64,000 nucleotides of DNA, taken from assembly GCA_012270045.1 (NCBI GenBank), contig JAAXJC010000153.1, positions 107,655-171,654 on the forward strand. Direction: 5' to 3'. Within the stretch, counting starts at the first letter, position 1. Each line of letters starts with the position of its first letter. The position numbers were made by a program, and so were the translations under genes. The notes under the pieces were generated by a model. That model saw nothing but the letters and a program-made list of their open reading frames with translations. It searched no databases and was not told where the DNA came from. Below, piece after piece: positions 1 to 10,322 of this stretch. The DNA is from Luminiphilus sp. GTDB lineage: Bacteria; Pseudomonadota; Gammaproteobacteria; Pseudomonadales; Halieaceae.

Positions 1-1115
1 ATGGGCCCAACGATGGGTACCACGACGAAGGTGATTTCTATGAAGTCGAGAATAAAGCCCAACAGGAAAATGGCGGCCATCACCAGCAGCAGGGCGCCGT
101 GGGGCCCCAGGTCCATGTGCTCGAAATAGGACTGGATCAACTCCTCGCCGCCAAAGCCGCGGAACACCAAGGTGAAGACTGCAGCGCCGATTAATATAAG
201 AAAAACCATGCTGGTGATGCGCATGGTGGATAGGCCGACCTCGTGCAGCTTCGCCCACCCCATTTGGCCCCGTTGCAGGGCCAGTAGCAGGGCACCCACG
301 GCGCCAACCCCCGCTGCCTCCGTCGGTGTGGCCGCTCCGGCCAGAATCGAACCGAGGACCAATGCAATTAAAAGGAAGGGTGGCACCAGGGCGCGCACCA
401 ACTCAGCCAGCGAGGCTCCCTCGGATTGAACTGCAGGTGCTTTCTCCGGTGAGATTCGCGCGACCAGCAGTACCCAGGCCAGATAAAGCCCCACCAGTAT
501 CATCCCCGGTATCAGGGCGCCGACAAACAGGTCGCCCACGGATACGGTTGACGTATTGATGATGCCCATCTGTAACTGGGCCCGTTGATAGGCGCTGGCC
601 ATCACGTCACCCAGCAGGACCAGTGCTATAGAGGGCGGGATAATCTGGCCAAGGGTTCCGGTCGCGCAGATGGTGCCCGAGGCAAGGGCAGGGCTATAGC
701 CGGCTCGCAGCATTGAGGGCAGGGACAACAGGCCCATGGTCACTACGGTCGCACCGACGATGCCGGTGCTGGCCGCAAGCAGGGCGCCAACCAGTATCAC
801 TGCGATGCCGAGGCCCCCGGGCCGTCCACCAAACAGCTGCGCCATATTCTTGAGCAAATCCTCAGCAATGTGGGCGCGCTCAAGGATGTTGCCCATCAAT
901 ATGAACAGCGGTACGGCCACCAGGGTTTCATTGCCTATGGTCCCGAAAATTCGGGTCGGCACAGCGGATAGATAGCTGGCATCGAAGACACCCAGCACAG
1001 TGCCCAGGGCCGCAAAAACCAGGCCCACGCCTGCCAGTGTCAGGGCCACAGGGAAGCCGGCCAGCAGGAAAACGCAGACCGCCAAAAACATCAGCAGTGG
1101 TATTTCACCGGTCAT
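1..1115 (-). CDS. TRAP transporter large permease (DctM family), C-terminal end cut by window edge
   Basis: Not in the ORF track because it is open at the window edge. My minus-strand translation from ATG 1115-1113 reads MTGEIPLLMFLAVCVFLLAGFPVALTLAGVG... and stays open to base 1 (...FILDFIEITFVVVPIVGP). It is uniformly hydrophobic and DctM-like, and its start overlaps the stop of the DctQ ORF. Confidence 0.8.
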   Translation of the reverse strand, partial: MTGEIPLLMFLAVCVFLLAGFPVALTLAGVGLVFAALGTVLGVFDASYLSAVPTRIFGTIGNETLVAVPLFILMGNILERAHIAEDLLKNMAQLFGGRPGGLGIAVILVGALLAASTGIVGATVVTMGLLSLPSMLRAGYSPALASGTICATGTLGQIIPPSIALVLLGDVMASAYQRAQLQMGIINTSTVSVGDLFVGALIPGMILVGLYLAWVLLVARISPEKAPAVQSEGASLAELVRALVPPFLLIALVLGSILAGAATPTEAAGVGAVGALLLALQRGQMGWAKLHEVGLSTMRITSMVFLILIGAAVFTLVFRGFGGEELIQSYFEHMDLGPHGALLLVMAAIFLLGFILDFIEITFVVVPIVGP

Positions 1116-1626
1116 CAGGGGTCTCGGCCACCAGCACAGCCAGCGCTTTGAAAATTTCAGACACAGCCTGCAGTGCCAGCAGCGCTGCCATAACCGGTAA
1201 CAGGGTTTTCAACAGATAAACCGCCGGAATACCCCCCGGCTCCGCCGACCCCTCCCGAGCCGCCCAGGACTCAGCGACATAGCCCATGCTGGACAGGCCG
1301 ATCAACGCACACAGCGGCAGGGTAAAAACAGTATGCCCCAGGGCATTGATCCAGGCCCTGCTGCGAGGACCAAAGCGCTGGTACAGAACGTCAACCCGCA
1401 CATGTTCGCCCGCCTGCAGGGTACAGGAGGCGCCCAACATAAACAGCGCGCCGTGCAGGTACATGACGCTTTCCTGGGCGGCGATGGCGCCGATCCCAAA
1501 CCCGTAGCGCAGCAGCACCACAAATACCGTCAGTATCGCCATCAAGAACGGCAGCCAGGCTATGAATCTGGACAAGACGTGTGACAGGCCATCGAGCGCT
1601 CGGATAGTTGACAGCAAAGCGGGCAC
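1105..1626 (-). CDS. TRAP transporter small permease (DctQ family)
   Basis: 173-aa ORF with about 4 hydrophobic helices, typical DctQ size. It lies immediately upstream of and overlaps the DctM-like ORF. GTG start. Confidence 0.75.
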   Translation of the reverse strand: MPALLSTIRALDGLSHVLSRFIAWLPFLMAILTVFVVLLRYGFGIGAIAAQESVMYLHGALFMLGASCTLQAGEHVRVDVLYQRFGPRSRAWINALGHTVFTLPLCALIGLSSMGYVAESWAAREGSAEPGGIPAVYLLKTLLPVMAALLALQAVSEIFKALAVLVAETPDDR

Positions 1627-1705
1627 TTCTTCTTCCTTATGGGGTCCCTATGGACGAGACACAGGTTATCATTGTCACCGCGCTTATATCAGGGAGGTTA
1701 CCTAC

Positions 1706-2485
1706 GTGCTGACAGTCCTTTCCCCTGCCAAAACTCTGGATTACGAGACGCCGCCGGTAACGAAAAAGTCGACCCAGCCGCTTTTTCTTGAGCGGGCGGC
1801 ACAACTGGTTGAGGATGCCCGAGGCTTGTCCCCCGAGGCGATCCAGAAGCTAATGGGTGTCAGTGCCAGTATCGCTGAATTGAATCATGGGCGATTTATG
1901 AACTGGCACCCCGAATTCAGCCTCGATAATGCCAAGCAGGCGGTGCTGGCGTTCAAGGGGGATGTCTATACGGGCCTGGACGCCACCACCCTGGACAGCA
2001 AATCCCTAAACTTCGCACAGAAACACCTGAGAATCCTGTCGGGACTGTACGGGTTGCTGCGCCCCCTGGACCTTATGCAGCCCTACCGGTTGGAGATGGG
2101 GCTGAAGTTTGCCAATCAGGGTGGTGACAACCTGTACCAATTCTGGGGTGAGGATATTACCCACGCCCTGGACCAGGCCCTGGGTAAAAGCGGCAGCCCG
2201 GTGCTGGTCAATCTGGCTTCGAACGAATACTTCAAGGCGGTGCAACCGAAAAAACTGGCGGCAGAGGTCATAACGCCGGCGTTCAGGGACCTCAAAAACG
2301 GGCAATACAAGATGATCAGTTTTTTTGCCAAGAAAGCCCGGGGCATCATGGCCCGCTATATCGTCGAGCAACAACTCAATGATCCCGAGGGCCTGAAAGA
2401 TTTCACGGGAGCGGGTTACTACTACTGCCCGGAGCGGTCCACCGAACGAGACTGGGTTTTCCTGCGCGATGAGGTACCCACGTAG
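1706..2485 (+). CDS. yaaA: Peroxide stress protein YaaA (UPF0246/DUF328)
   Basis: The LTVLSPAKTLD N-terminus and LRILSGLYGLLRPLD...PYRLEM motifs are characteristic of YaaA. I chose the in-frame GTG at 1706, preceded by AGGGAGG (1691-1697); the track ORF starts upstream at 1562. Confidence 0.85.
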   Translation: MLTVLSPAKTLDYETPPVTKKSTQPLFLERAAQLVEDARGLSPEAIQKLMGVSASIAELNHGRFMNWHPEFSLDNAKQAVLAFKGDVYTGLDATTLDSKSLNFAQKHLRILSGLYGLLRPLDLMQPYRLEMGLKFANQGGDNLYQFWGEDITHALDQALGKSGSPVLVNLASNEYFKAVQPKKLAAEVITPAFRDLKNGQYKMISFFAKKARGIMARYIVEQQLNDPEGLKDFTGAGYYYCPERSTERDWVFLRDEVPT

Positions 2486-2493
2486 GACGGCGC

Positions 2494-3648
2494 CTAGGCC
2501 ACCCCGATTGCCGGAACAGCGCCCTCCCGAAAAGGCAGCAGGCTGGCGGCGTCGTCGCGATAGGCCTGCACCTGGGACCTCTCCCTGCTGCAGAAGTCCT
2601 CAATGGCCTTTCGAAACCCCGACTCAGCCACCCAGTGCAGTGAGCGGGTGATCGTGGGTTCAAAGCCCCTTTGGATTTTGTGTTCTCCCTGGGCACCAGG
2701 GTCGAGGCGGGCCAGCTTGTTGGCAATGCAGTACTCGATACCCTGGTAGTAACAAGCCTCAAAATGCAGCCCATCATATTCCCGCAAGCAGCCCCAGTAC
2801 CGGCCATACAAGGTCGACGCTGACTGGAAAAACAGTGCTGCTGCAACCGGCCGGCGGTCCAGTTCCGCCGTTACCATGACGGGTGCAGCTCCCAGGCGCG
2901 GGCACAGGTCGGTAAAAAACTCCCTGGAGAGATAGCCACCATGACCACTGCGTTTTACATAGGTGGTTTGGTAGCAGTGGTGAAAAAAAGACCAATCCTC
3001 AGATCGGATTTCGGTTCCTGTGCGCGTTGCCAGGGTTAACCCCTGCGCCGCGACCCGCTGCCGCTCCCTGCGGACATTTTTCCGCTTGCGACTGCTGAAC
3101 AGGCCCAGAAAGTCATCGAAACTGCTGTAGTCCCGGTTAAACCAGTGAAACTGGCAGGTAGAGCGTTCCACCAGTTCCAGTCCGGACAGGCTGTCGGTGG
3201 AGCCGTCGTCTGCAAATAACATATGCCAACCCGAGATGCCCTGTTCCCTGCAGAACTGTTCAACAGCGCTGAGGAACAGGCTGGCGGCGCCCGTGACCTC
3301 TGGATTGCACCAGACTCTCGGGCCGGTAGCGGGGGTGAAGGGGGCGGCCGATATCAGTTTGGGGTAATAGTCCAGACCGGCTCGCTGCCAGGCATCTGCC
3401 CAGGCCCAATCGAAGACATACTCGCCGTAGCTGTGGCTCTTGAGAAAACCCGGCGCAGCAGCGATAGCGCCCGCAGAACCCCGGAGTACCAGGTGGCAGG
3501 GTGTCCAGCCGGCACTGCGGGTGGTGCAGTCGGCTTGCTCCAACCCCAGCAGGAAATCGTGTCTCAAAAACGGATAGTCTGTCCCGAACCAGGCCTGCCA
3601 CTCCTGTTCAGGGATGTCCCCAATGCTGGGATGTATCTCGAGCTGCAT
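2494..3648 (-). CDS. DUF482/FemAB-like GNAT-fold acyltransferase family protein
   Basis: 384-aa ORF. Its FTPATGPR, YGRYWG and GAQGEHKIQRGF segments match what I recall of the DUF482 family. Confidence 0.6.
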   Translation of the reverse strand: MQLEIHPSIGDIPEQEWQAWFGTDYPFLRHDFLLGLEQADCTTRSAGWTPCHLVLRGSAGAIAAAPGFLKSHSYGEYVFDWAWADAWQRAGLDYYPKLISAAPFTPATGPRVWCNPEVTGAASLFLSAVEQFCREQGISGWHMLFADDGSTDSLSGLELVERSTCQFHWFNRDYSSFDDFLGLFSSRKRKNVRRERQRVAAQGLTLATRTGTEIRSEDWSFFHHCYQTTYVKRSGHGGYLSREFFTDLCPRLGAAPVMVTAELDRRPVAAALFFQSASTLYGRYWGCLREYDGLHFEACYYQGIEYCIANKLARLDPGAQGEHKIQRGFEPTITRSLHWVAESGFRKAIEDFCSRERSQVQAYRDDAASLLPFREGAVPAIGVA

Positions 3649-3669
3649 GGTGTTCAGGAGTTTGGGGTG

Positions 3670-4590
3670 TCAGCTTGCTGATACGGGCGTAAGCCAGAAA
3701 TGTCCCACAATGCCCAGCAGGATAATCACACCGATCCACTTGCTCTGGTTAAAGGCCCTGAAACAAGCGGCTTCATCCCGGTGTCGAATCAACCATTGAT
3801 GCCAGGCAAACAGCAGCGCCACAGCAAAGATGGACAGCAAGTAGGGCCAGCCAAGATCAAACTCAGAGCCTGTCTTAATGAAACAGCCCAGTGCCGCCAG
3901 CTGCATGAGACCAATCAGACGCCGATCCAGTGTGCCAAACAATATGGCGGTGGATTTGATACCGACTGAAAGGTCGTCATCCCGGTCCACCATGGCGTAC
4001 TGGGTGTCATAGACCACGGTCCACAGCAGGTTGGCTGCGAATAACCACCACAACGCTGGGTCCAGGCTGTTGTTTACCGCGGCAAAGGCCATGGGAATGG
4101 CCCAGGAAAAAGCCGCCCCAAGGACAACCTGGGGCCAGTGGGTGACCCGTTTCATATACGGGTAGATCATCGCCAGGAACGCCCCGACCAGGGATAGCTG
4201 AACCGTCAGGCTATTGGTGAAGGCAACCAGCACCAGGGCGATGGACAGTAGTACCAGCAACAACCCCAGTGCTTCCCGGGCCGTCATGACGCCGGTTACC
4301 AGGGGCCTTTGTCGGGTACGGGCGACGAAGCCGTCCAGGTTGCGATCGGCGAGATCATTGGCAACACAGCCTGCCGCGCGCATGACCACAATTCCCATTG
4401 CGAAGATGGCGAAAATCATCGGGGCCGGCCAGCCGTCACTGGCGATCACCAGTGCCCACACCGTGGGTGCTGCCAGCAACCAGGTGCCGATCGGCTTGTG
4501 GAAGCGCATGATTTCCCAGTAGCCGCGCAGCTTCTCGGACAGCCCGGTGGGTTTGGGCTGGCTGGGATTGTCAGGTATCAATGTGGCCAT
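3670..4590 (-). CDS. ubiA: 4-hydroxybenzoate polyprenyltransferase
   Basis: Polytopic membrane protein with the UbiA prenyltransferase motif NDLADRNLD and a second Asp-rich segment (YAMVDRDDD). Confidence 0.9.
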   Translation of the reverse strand: MATLIPDNPSQPKPTGLSEKLRGYWEIMRFHKPIGTWLLAAPTVWALVIASDGWPAPMIFAIFAMGIVVMRAAGCVANDLADRNLDGFVARTRQRPLVTGVMTAREALGLLLVLLSIALVLVAFTNSLTVQLSLVGAFLAMIYPYMKRVTHWPQVVLGAAFSWAIPMAFAAVNNSLDPALWWLFAANLLWTVVYDTQYAMVDRDDDLSVGIKSTAILFGTLDRRLIGLMQLAALGCFIKTGSEFDLGWPYLLSIFAVALLFAWHQWLIRHRDEAACFRAFNQSKWIGVIILLGIVGHFWLTPVSAS

Positions 4591-4632
4591 GGAACTCCAT
4601 CATAGGCGCGGTCTCACCCCAGTGTAACCTGT

Positions 4633-6717
4633 TCAAACCCGGGCGAAGGCCTGTCGCTCCCCGGTCCAGCGGTCCACCAGCGTGGCGCAGCGATCAGGGT
4701 GCCGCTTCAACAGTTGGTTGGCAACGTCGACCACCTGCTCGAGCAGCTGCTCGTGGGCGGGCAGCTGGGCGACACGAAAGGAGGTCAGGCCGGTCTGGCG
4801 GGTGCCCAGTAATTCTCCGGGCCCCCTCAGCCTCAGATCCTGTTCTGCAATATAAAAACCGTCGGTGCTTTGGCGCATGACTTCAAGGCGCTCACGTCCC
4901 TGCCGGCTAAGGGGTGCCTGGTAGAGCATCAGGCAGTGGCTGGCCACAGCCCCCCGGCCAATCCGGCCCCGCAGTTGGTGCAGTTGCGCCAGACCCAGCC
5001 GTTCGGGGTTTTCAATGATCATCAAACTCGCGTTGGGCACGTCGACGCCGACTTCAATCACGGTTGTGGCGACCAGTAGCTGCAGGGCGCCAGACTTGAA
5101 ATCTGCCATGACCGTTTCCTTGTCGGCAGCGGACAGTCGCCCGTGTATCAGCCCGATGGACAGTCCTGGGAGTTGCTCGGCCAACAGGGCAAAGGTGGCT
5201 TCGGCGGCCCGCGCGTCGACGTTGTCCGATTCTTCGATGAGGGTGCAGACCCAGTAGGCCTGCCTGCCGTCCGCGCAGGCGGCCCCGACCCGCTGTATGA
5301 CGTCACTGCGCCGTTGGGCGTCCAGCAGGGTGGTGGTAACCGGTGTTCTGCCTGGCGGCAACTCGTCTATTACCGAGCAATCCAGATCGGCATAGGCGAC
5401 CATTGAGAGTGTCCGGGGTATGGGGGTTGCCGTCAGCACCAGTTGATGGGGCAAGGTTTGTCCGGGGGATTTTTCGGTCAGGGCCAGCCGCTGATGGACC
5501 CCAAAGCGGTGCTGTTCATCGACGATGACCAGCGCCAGGGAGGCAAACACCACACCCTCCTGAAACAGCGCATGGGTGCCAATAACGAGGGACGCCGAGC
5601 CCTCGGCTATCGACTGCAGTACCGCATCCCGGGCCCGTCCCTTCACCTTGCCGCTGAGCCAGGCAACATCAATGCCCAAAGGTGTCAGCCATTGGCCGAA
5701 GGTCTGCAGGTGTTGCTCGGCCAGCAGTTCCGTCGGTGCCATCAGGGCGATTTGATGGCCGGACTCGATGGCGTTGATACAGGCCATGGCGGCGACCAGG
5801 GTTTTGCCGGAACCCACGTCACCCTGCACCAACCTCAGCATGGGAGATGGTTCCCTCATGTCAGCCAGAATCTCCCCAATAACCCGCTCCTGGGCGTCGG
5901 TGGGTTGAAAGGGCAGGGCCTTGAGGAAGGGTGCAATCAGGCTGCCGTCCCCCTTTATCGCCAGAGCGGGGCAGGCTTTCTCCTCGGCGCGAAGCGCCTG
6001 CAGGGACAGGTGATGTGCGACAAGCTCCTCCAGTGCCAGCCGGAGTTGGGCTGGGTGTTGCCAGTCGCGCATGCTGTCAACCGGCGCGCCAGGGGGTGGT
6101 CGATGCAGGTAGCGGATCGCCTCGGCCAGGTTGAAATCGGATTCAACAACGCTTTCCAGGAGGTCTTGCGCAGCAGCCTGGCCCAGTACGTTGAGGGCCT
6201 GTTCGGTAAGCTTGCGCCACAACCCCTGCCCCAGGCCCTCTACGGTTGGGTAAATGGGTGTCAGCGCCTCCTCCAGCAGGGTGTCGGTAGTGTCCAGTCG
6301 GTACTCCGGGTGCACCATTTCGATACCGCCACCCGACGGGCGGGCCTGCCCGAACAGGGTGATTGAGTCCGCGCTTTTGATCTGTTGGGCCTGGGCGCGA
6401 CGAAAATGGAAAAACCGCAGGGTCAGCAGCCCGGTGCCGTCGTCCACCTTGGCCATAAGAGTGGGGCGCCGTCCGGGGACGATACTGGCGACGCGTACTG
6501 ATCCTTGCACAACGGCATCTGCGCCCTCGCGCAGGCTTCCTATGGGAGTTACCTGGGTGCGATCCTGATAACGCAGGGGAAAATGGTAGAGCAGATCCTC
6601 AATTTGGCTCAGGCCCAACTCTTCAAGACGCGCCAACAATTTTGGACCCACACCCCGCAGTGTGCTCAGCGGTGCCAATAGTGGATTCGGATCACTCGCA
6701 GTCATTTCATGGGGCAT
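4633..6717 (-). CDS. recG: ATP-dependent DNA helicase RecG
   Basis: Wedge domain plus SF2 helicase motifs (GDVGSGKT, DEQHRFG, TATPIPRT, QLHQLRGRIGRG). The track ORF (to 6984) has a non-RecG-like 89-aa extension; I start at MPHEMTASDPNP (ATG 6717; alternative ATG 6705). Confidence 0.9.
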   Translation of the reverse strand: MPHEMTASDPNPLLAPLSTLRGVGPKLLARLEELGLSQIEDLLYHFPLRYQDRTQVTPIGSLREGADAVVQGSVRVASIVPGRRPTLMAKVDDGTGLLTLRFFHFRRAQAQQIKSADSITLFGQARPSGGGIEMVHPEYRLDTTDTLLEEALTPIYPTVEGLGQGLWRKLTEQALNVLGQAAAQDLLESVVESDFNLAEAIRYLHRPPPGAPVDSMRDWQHPAQLRLALEELVAHHLSLQALRAEEKACPALAIKGDGSLIAPFLKALPFQPTDAQERVIGEILADMREPSPMLRLVQGDVGSGKTLVAAMACINAIESGHQIALMAPTELLAEQHLQTFGQWLTPLGIDVAWLSGKVKGRARDAVLQSIAEGSASLVIGTHALFQEGVVFASLALVIVDEQHRFGVHQRLALTEKSPGQTLPHQLVLTATPIPRTLSMVAYADLDCSVIDELPPGRTPVTTTLLDAQRRSDVIQRVGAACADGRQAYWVCTLIEESDNVDARAAEATFALLAEQLPGLSIGLIHGRLSAADKETVMADFKSGALQLLVATTVIEVGVDVPNASLMIIENPERLGLAQLHQLRGRIGRGAVASHCLMLYQAPLSRQGRERLEVMRQSTDGFYIAEQDLRLRGPGELLGTRQTGLTSFRVAQLPAHEQLLEQVVDVANQLLKRHPDRCATLVDRWTGERQAFARV

Positions 6718-6795
6718 CCCTGGGGGGTGGTACGTCGGCGCCGGCCTCGGTGCATAATAGAAGCAAACTGTGGACTGGGAGAAGCATGGGTGAGC

Positions 6796-7659
6796 ATGCC
6801 CCATGTATTGATGGTGGGTTGCGGTGACCTGGGGCAGCGACTGGGGTTGCGAATGCAGTCCCTGGGCTGGCAGATCAGCGCGCTGCGCCGGAACCCGGAG
6901 CGACTGCCCAACGGTTTTAATGCCGTTCGTGGGGACTACACCGATCGTGATGACGTGATACCGCTGGTGGACATTAAGCCTCATTACGTGGTCTTTACGC
7001 CGTTACCCACCGCCCGTGAGGCAGCGGGCTACCAGCAGGGCTACGCCCAGGCCACCCGCCTCCTGGCGGAGAGCGGTCTGCTGGCCCAGTGCCGGGGTGG
7101 CCTGTTCGTGTCCTCAACCCGGGTTTATGAGGAAAGTGCTGGCGGGTGGGTTGATGAGGACTCCCCGCTGACCGCTTCTGATAGCAGTGCCGCCAGTATC
7201 ATTGCGGCGGAGCAGACTTTCCTTGCGGCCTGCCCCAATGGCACTGTGCTGCGCGCGTCAGGGATCTATGGTGACTGGCCCGGTATGTTTGTTGAGCGCC
7301 TCATGAAGGGTCTCGCCAGCCCTGACCCCGAACGTATCAGCAACCGGATTCATCGGGATGATCTCGCCCGGGTCATGCAGTTTTGTTTAACCCGCCTGCA
7401 TGAAGGGTTGTCCAACAGCTCCGTCTACGTTGTCAGTGACGAGGCGCCAACACCTGTTGGTGAGATAGAGAGCTGGCTCGCCAGCCAGCTCGACTTACCT
7501 CCTGCGACAGCTGCGGCGAGCGGCCGGCGTGGCAATCGGCGCTGTAGCAGCGAACGCCTGCGCCGTGCGGGATTTGAGTTCAGATACCCGGACTACAGGG
7601 CAGGATTCGCAGAACTGATCAGGGACAATGGGGGTAAGACACTCCCGTTGGAGAGCTGA
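6796..7659 (+). CDS. NAD(P)-binding SDR/epimerase-family protein
   Basis: Rossmann N-terminus MPHVLMVGCGDLGQRLG. Size and the C-terminal RLRRAGFEFRYPDY segment are typical of NAD-dependent epimerase-like proteins. I moved the start to ATG 6796. Confidence 0.65.
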   Translation: MPHVLMVGCGDLGQRLGLRMQSLGWQISALRRNPERLPNGFNAVRGDYTDRDDVIPLVDIKPHYVVFTPLPTAREAAGYQQGYAQATRLLAESGLLAQCRGGLFVSSTRVYEESAGGWVDEDSPLTASDSSAASIIAAEQTFLAACPNGTVLRASGIYGDWPGMFVERLMKGLASPDPERISNRIHRDDLARVMQFCLTRLHEGLSNSSVYVVSDEAPTPVGEIESWLASQLDLPPATAAASGRRGNRRCSSERLRRAGFEFRYPDYRAGFAELIRDNGGKTLPLES

Positions 7660-7661
7660 CA

Positions 7662-8045
7662 CTAAAGGCAGAGCACGGCTTCCACTTCAATGGCCACGCC
7701 TTTCGGCAGTGCTGCGACCTGAACACAGGCTCGCGCGGGGTAGGGCTCCTCGAAGAACTGCGCCATGACCCCGTTGACCGCAGCAAAATCGCCAAGGTCG
7801 GTCAGGGAGATGTTGATTTTAACGGCATCATTCAGGCCGCCCCCGGCCGCCCCTGCAATGGCGGCCAGATTCTCAAAAACCCTTGTCGCCTGCTGTTCAA
7901 TACCACCCTCAACACAGGCCATGGTCTCGGGATCGAGAGGTATCTGGCCAGAGATCCATACGGTATTGCCCACCTTCACCGCCTGGGAATAGGGGCCTAT
8001 GGCGGCGGGGGCCGATTCGGTTGCGATAATGGCGCGATTGGACAA
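7662..8045 (-). CDS. ridA: RidA/YjgF-family reactive intermediate deaminase
   Basis: 127 aa. APAAIGPYSQAV...GQIPLDP...ARACVQVAALPKGVAIEVEAV is a typical RidA sequence. TTG start with AGGAGG 8 nt upstream. It sits downstream of spoT, as in Pseudomonas. Confidence 0.85.
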   Translation of the reverse strand: MSNRAIIATESAPAAIGPYSQAVKVGNTVWISGQIPLDPETMACVEGGIEQQATRVFENLAAIAGAAGGGLNDAVKINISLTDLGDFAAVNGVMAQFFEEPYPARACVQVAALPKGVAIEVEAVLCL

Positions 8046-8082
8046 GGGACGTTCCTCCTAGCCTTCTGATGACGGCGGGTTA

Positions 8083-10302
8083 TTAGCGGCGGCCGATGCG
8101 AATGACGCGGCGGACCCCTTCGACAGACCTCAACCGCCGGACAATGCGCGCGAGGTGGGTACGGCTGCTGACCTGCAATTCGATATCGACGTGGGTGTAT
8201 TGGGCGTCCTTGTCCGTGGTTGAGATGCGATCTATGTTCATACCCACGGCGTTGAGCCGGGTAGCGACCACCGCAATGATACCCCGCCGGTTTTCTGACT
8301 CCAGCCTCAGGCCCACGGAATAGAGCCCCTCGGCGTCATCATCCCAGCGCAGATTCATCATCCGTTCAGGGTGTTCCCGCATTTCCAGGAGGTTCCGGCA
8401 TTCATCCCGGTGCACGACCAGCCCCTTTTCTGGACTGAGATAGCCGCCGATGGGGTCTCCCGGTATGGCGCAGCAGCATTTTGCATAGGTGACTACAAAA
8501 CCTTCTGTGCCGCGTATCGCAACTGCCTCGTTGCGTTTGGGGTCCACCGGCCCTGCGGTCGCCCCCGCCAATTGGCTCGCGATGATTTGGGGCAACAGGT
8601 TGCCCAGCGCAATGTCGATGAACAGGCTGTCGGTGTCGCTGCGTCCAAGGCGTTCCAGGGCCTGTGCCATGGGCTCCCCCATCAGGTCTTCAACCCGCAC
8701 GCCGTGAGCGGCCAGGGCCTTGTTGAGCAGGTTTCTACCGAGTTCGATCGAGTCCTCCCGGCGCTGGTCTTTCAGGAAGTGGCGAATATGGGTTCGCGCT
8801 CTGGCCGTCACCACATAGTTGAACCAGTCGGGGTTGGGTCGACCGTTGGGTGAGGTGATGATTTCGATGGTCTGCCCGCTCTCCAGGGGTTCGGACAGCG
8901 GCGCCAGTTTGCGATTTATGCGACAGGCAACGCAACGGTTGCCAATATCGGTATGGATGGCATAGGCGGCATCCACAGCGGTTGCCCCCCTGGGCAACTC
9001 CATAATGTCGCCCTTGGGAGTGAAAACGTAAACCTCATCCGGGAACAGATCCATCTTTACGCTTTCAATAAATTCCAGGGGATTGCCGGCCCGCTGCTGC
9101 ATTTCCAACAGCCCCTGAACCCATTCCCGCGCCCTGGCATGGGATGCGTTGGCGGTCCCCTTTTCCGACTTGTAAAGCCAGTGGGCCGCTATGCCATTGT
9201 TGGCCATGTCCTCCATTTCCCGGGTGCGAATCTGTATTTCAATTGGCACGCCGTGCATGCCTTTCAGGACGGTGTGAAGCGACTGGTAGCCATTGGCCTT
9301 GGGGATCGCAATGTAGTCGGTGAACTCTCCCGGCACCGGTTTGTACAGGCTGTGGATTACGCCCAAAACGCGATAACAGTCGTCTACGGAGTTGACGATG
9401 ATGCGAAACGCAAATATGTCCATGATCTCGGAAAAGGATTTGCGCTTGGCTTTCATCTTGGAATAGATGCTGTAAAGGTGCTTCTCCCTGCCAATGACTT
9501 CACAGCCGAGGTCGTCCCGTGACAGCGCAGCTTCAATCTGGTTTCGAACCTGGTTTACCAGTGCTTTGCGATTTCCCCGGGCACTGCGTATCGCTGCCTC
9601 AATGCGGCGGGCACGCATGGGGTAGAGCGCCTTGAAACCAAGGTCCTCAAGCTCCATACGCACTGCGTTCATGCCCAGGCGCAGCGCTATTGGCGCATAG
9701 ATGTCCAGGGTCTCGTTGGCAATTCGTTTTATCTTTTCGCGTTTCAGCACACCCAGCGTGCGCATGTTGTGCAGTCTGTCGGCGAGCTTGACCAGAATGA
9801 CCCGAATATCCCTGGCCATGGCCAGCGCCATTTTCTGGAAGTTCTCCGCCTGCTTGTGTTCCAGGCTGTCGAATTCTATGTGGGTGAGCTTGCTGACGCC
9901 GTCGACCAGTTCCGCAACTTCCTCGCCAAACTGAGCACCGATGTCCTCTTTGGTAACCCCGGTGTCTTCTATGGTGTCATGCAGCAGAGCCGCCATGAGG
10001 CTCTGGTGGTCCATGTGCATGCCGGCGAGAACACCGGCTACCGCCAACGGGTGGGTCACATAGGGCTCACCGCTGCGGCGGACCTGGCCATAATGCGCCT
10101 GCTCGGCAAAGAAATAGGCGCGCTTGACCAGCTGCACCTGGGTGTCATGCAGATAACTATTGAGTTGGTTTTCAAAGCCCGCGAAGGAGCGGTCTGGGCC
10201 AACGCCCTCAACTGCAGTCTGTGCGGCGGGGACCCGGAACCGGAGCCGAGAGGTCACATCGAGCAATGACCCACTGAGAACCTGAAAAGTATTGGCTACC
10301 AA
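8083..10302 (-). CDS. spoT: Bifunctional (p)ppGpp synthetase/hydrolase SpoT
   Basis: HD hydrolase domain (HPLAVAGVLAGMHMDHQSLMAALLHDTIEDT) followed by RelA/SpoT synthetase, TGS and ACT regions. It lies downstream of rpoZ. TTG start at 10302 is uncertain (alternative GTG 10257). Confidence 0.9.
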   Translation of the reverse strand: MVANTFQVLSGSLLDVTSRLRFRVPAAQTAVEGVGPDRSFAGFENQLNSYLHDTQVQLVKRAYFFAEQAHYGQVRRSGEPYVTHPLAVAGVLAGMHMDHQSLMAALLHDTIEDTGVTKEDIGAQFGEEVAELVDGVSKLTHIEFDSLEHKQAENFQKMALAMARDIRVILVKLADRLHNMRTLGVLKREKIKRIANETLDIYAPIALRLGMNAVRMELEDLGFKALYPMRARRIEAAIRSARGNRKALVNQVRNQIEAALSRDDLGCEVIGREKHLYSIYSKMKAKRKSFSEIMDIFAFRIIVNSVDDCYRVLGVIHSLYKPVPGEFTDYIAIPKANGYQSLHTVLKGMHGVPIEIQIRTREMEDMANNGIAAHWLYKSEKGTANASHARAREWVQGLLEMQQRAGNPLEFIESVKMDLFPDEVYVFTPKGDIMELPRGATAVDAAYAIHTDIGNRCVACRINRKLAPLSEPLESGQTIEIITSPNGRPNPDWFNYVVTARARTHIRHFLKDQRREDSIELGRNLLNKALAAHGVRVEDLMGEPMAQALERLGRSDTDSLFIDIALGNLLPQIIASQLAGATAGPVDPKRNEAVAIRGTEGFVVTYAKCCCAIPGDPIGGYLSPEKGLVVHRDECRNLLEMREHPERMMNLRWDDDAEGLYSVGLRLESENRRGIIAVVATRLNAVGMNIDRISTTDKDAQYTHVDIELQVSSRTHLARIVRRLRSVEGVRRVIRIGRR

Positions 10303-10322
10303 GGTTCCCGCCTACACGGAAG

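Noticed and set aside
5443-6366. 307-aa plus-strand ORF inside recG
   Set aside because: It lies entirely antisense to a confidently identified recG. The sequence is Gly/Gln/Leu-rich and low in complexity with no recognisable motif. This is a typical shadow ORF of a high-GC gene.
6718-6984. 89-aa N-terminal extension of the recG track ORF. Similar upstream extensions occur on yaaA, yicC, rph, crc, pyrE, slmA, rpmB, coaD, ftsY, rdgB, rsmE, metF, metK and ilvA.
   Set aside because: The extensions have no similarity to the respective families. They overlap divergent neighbours, and internal starts coincide with canonical N-termini and often with SD sequences.
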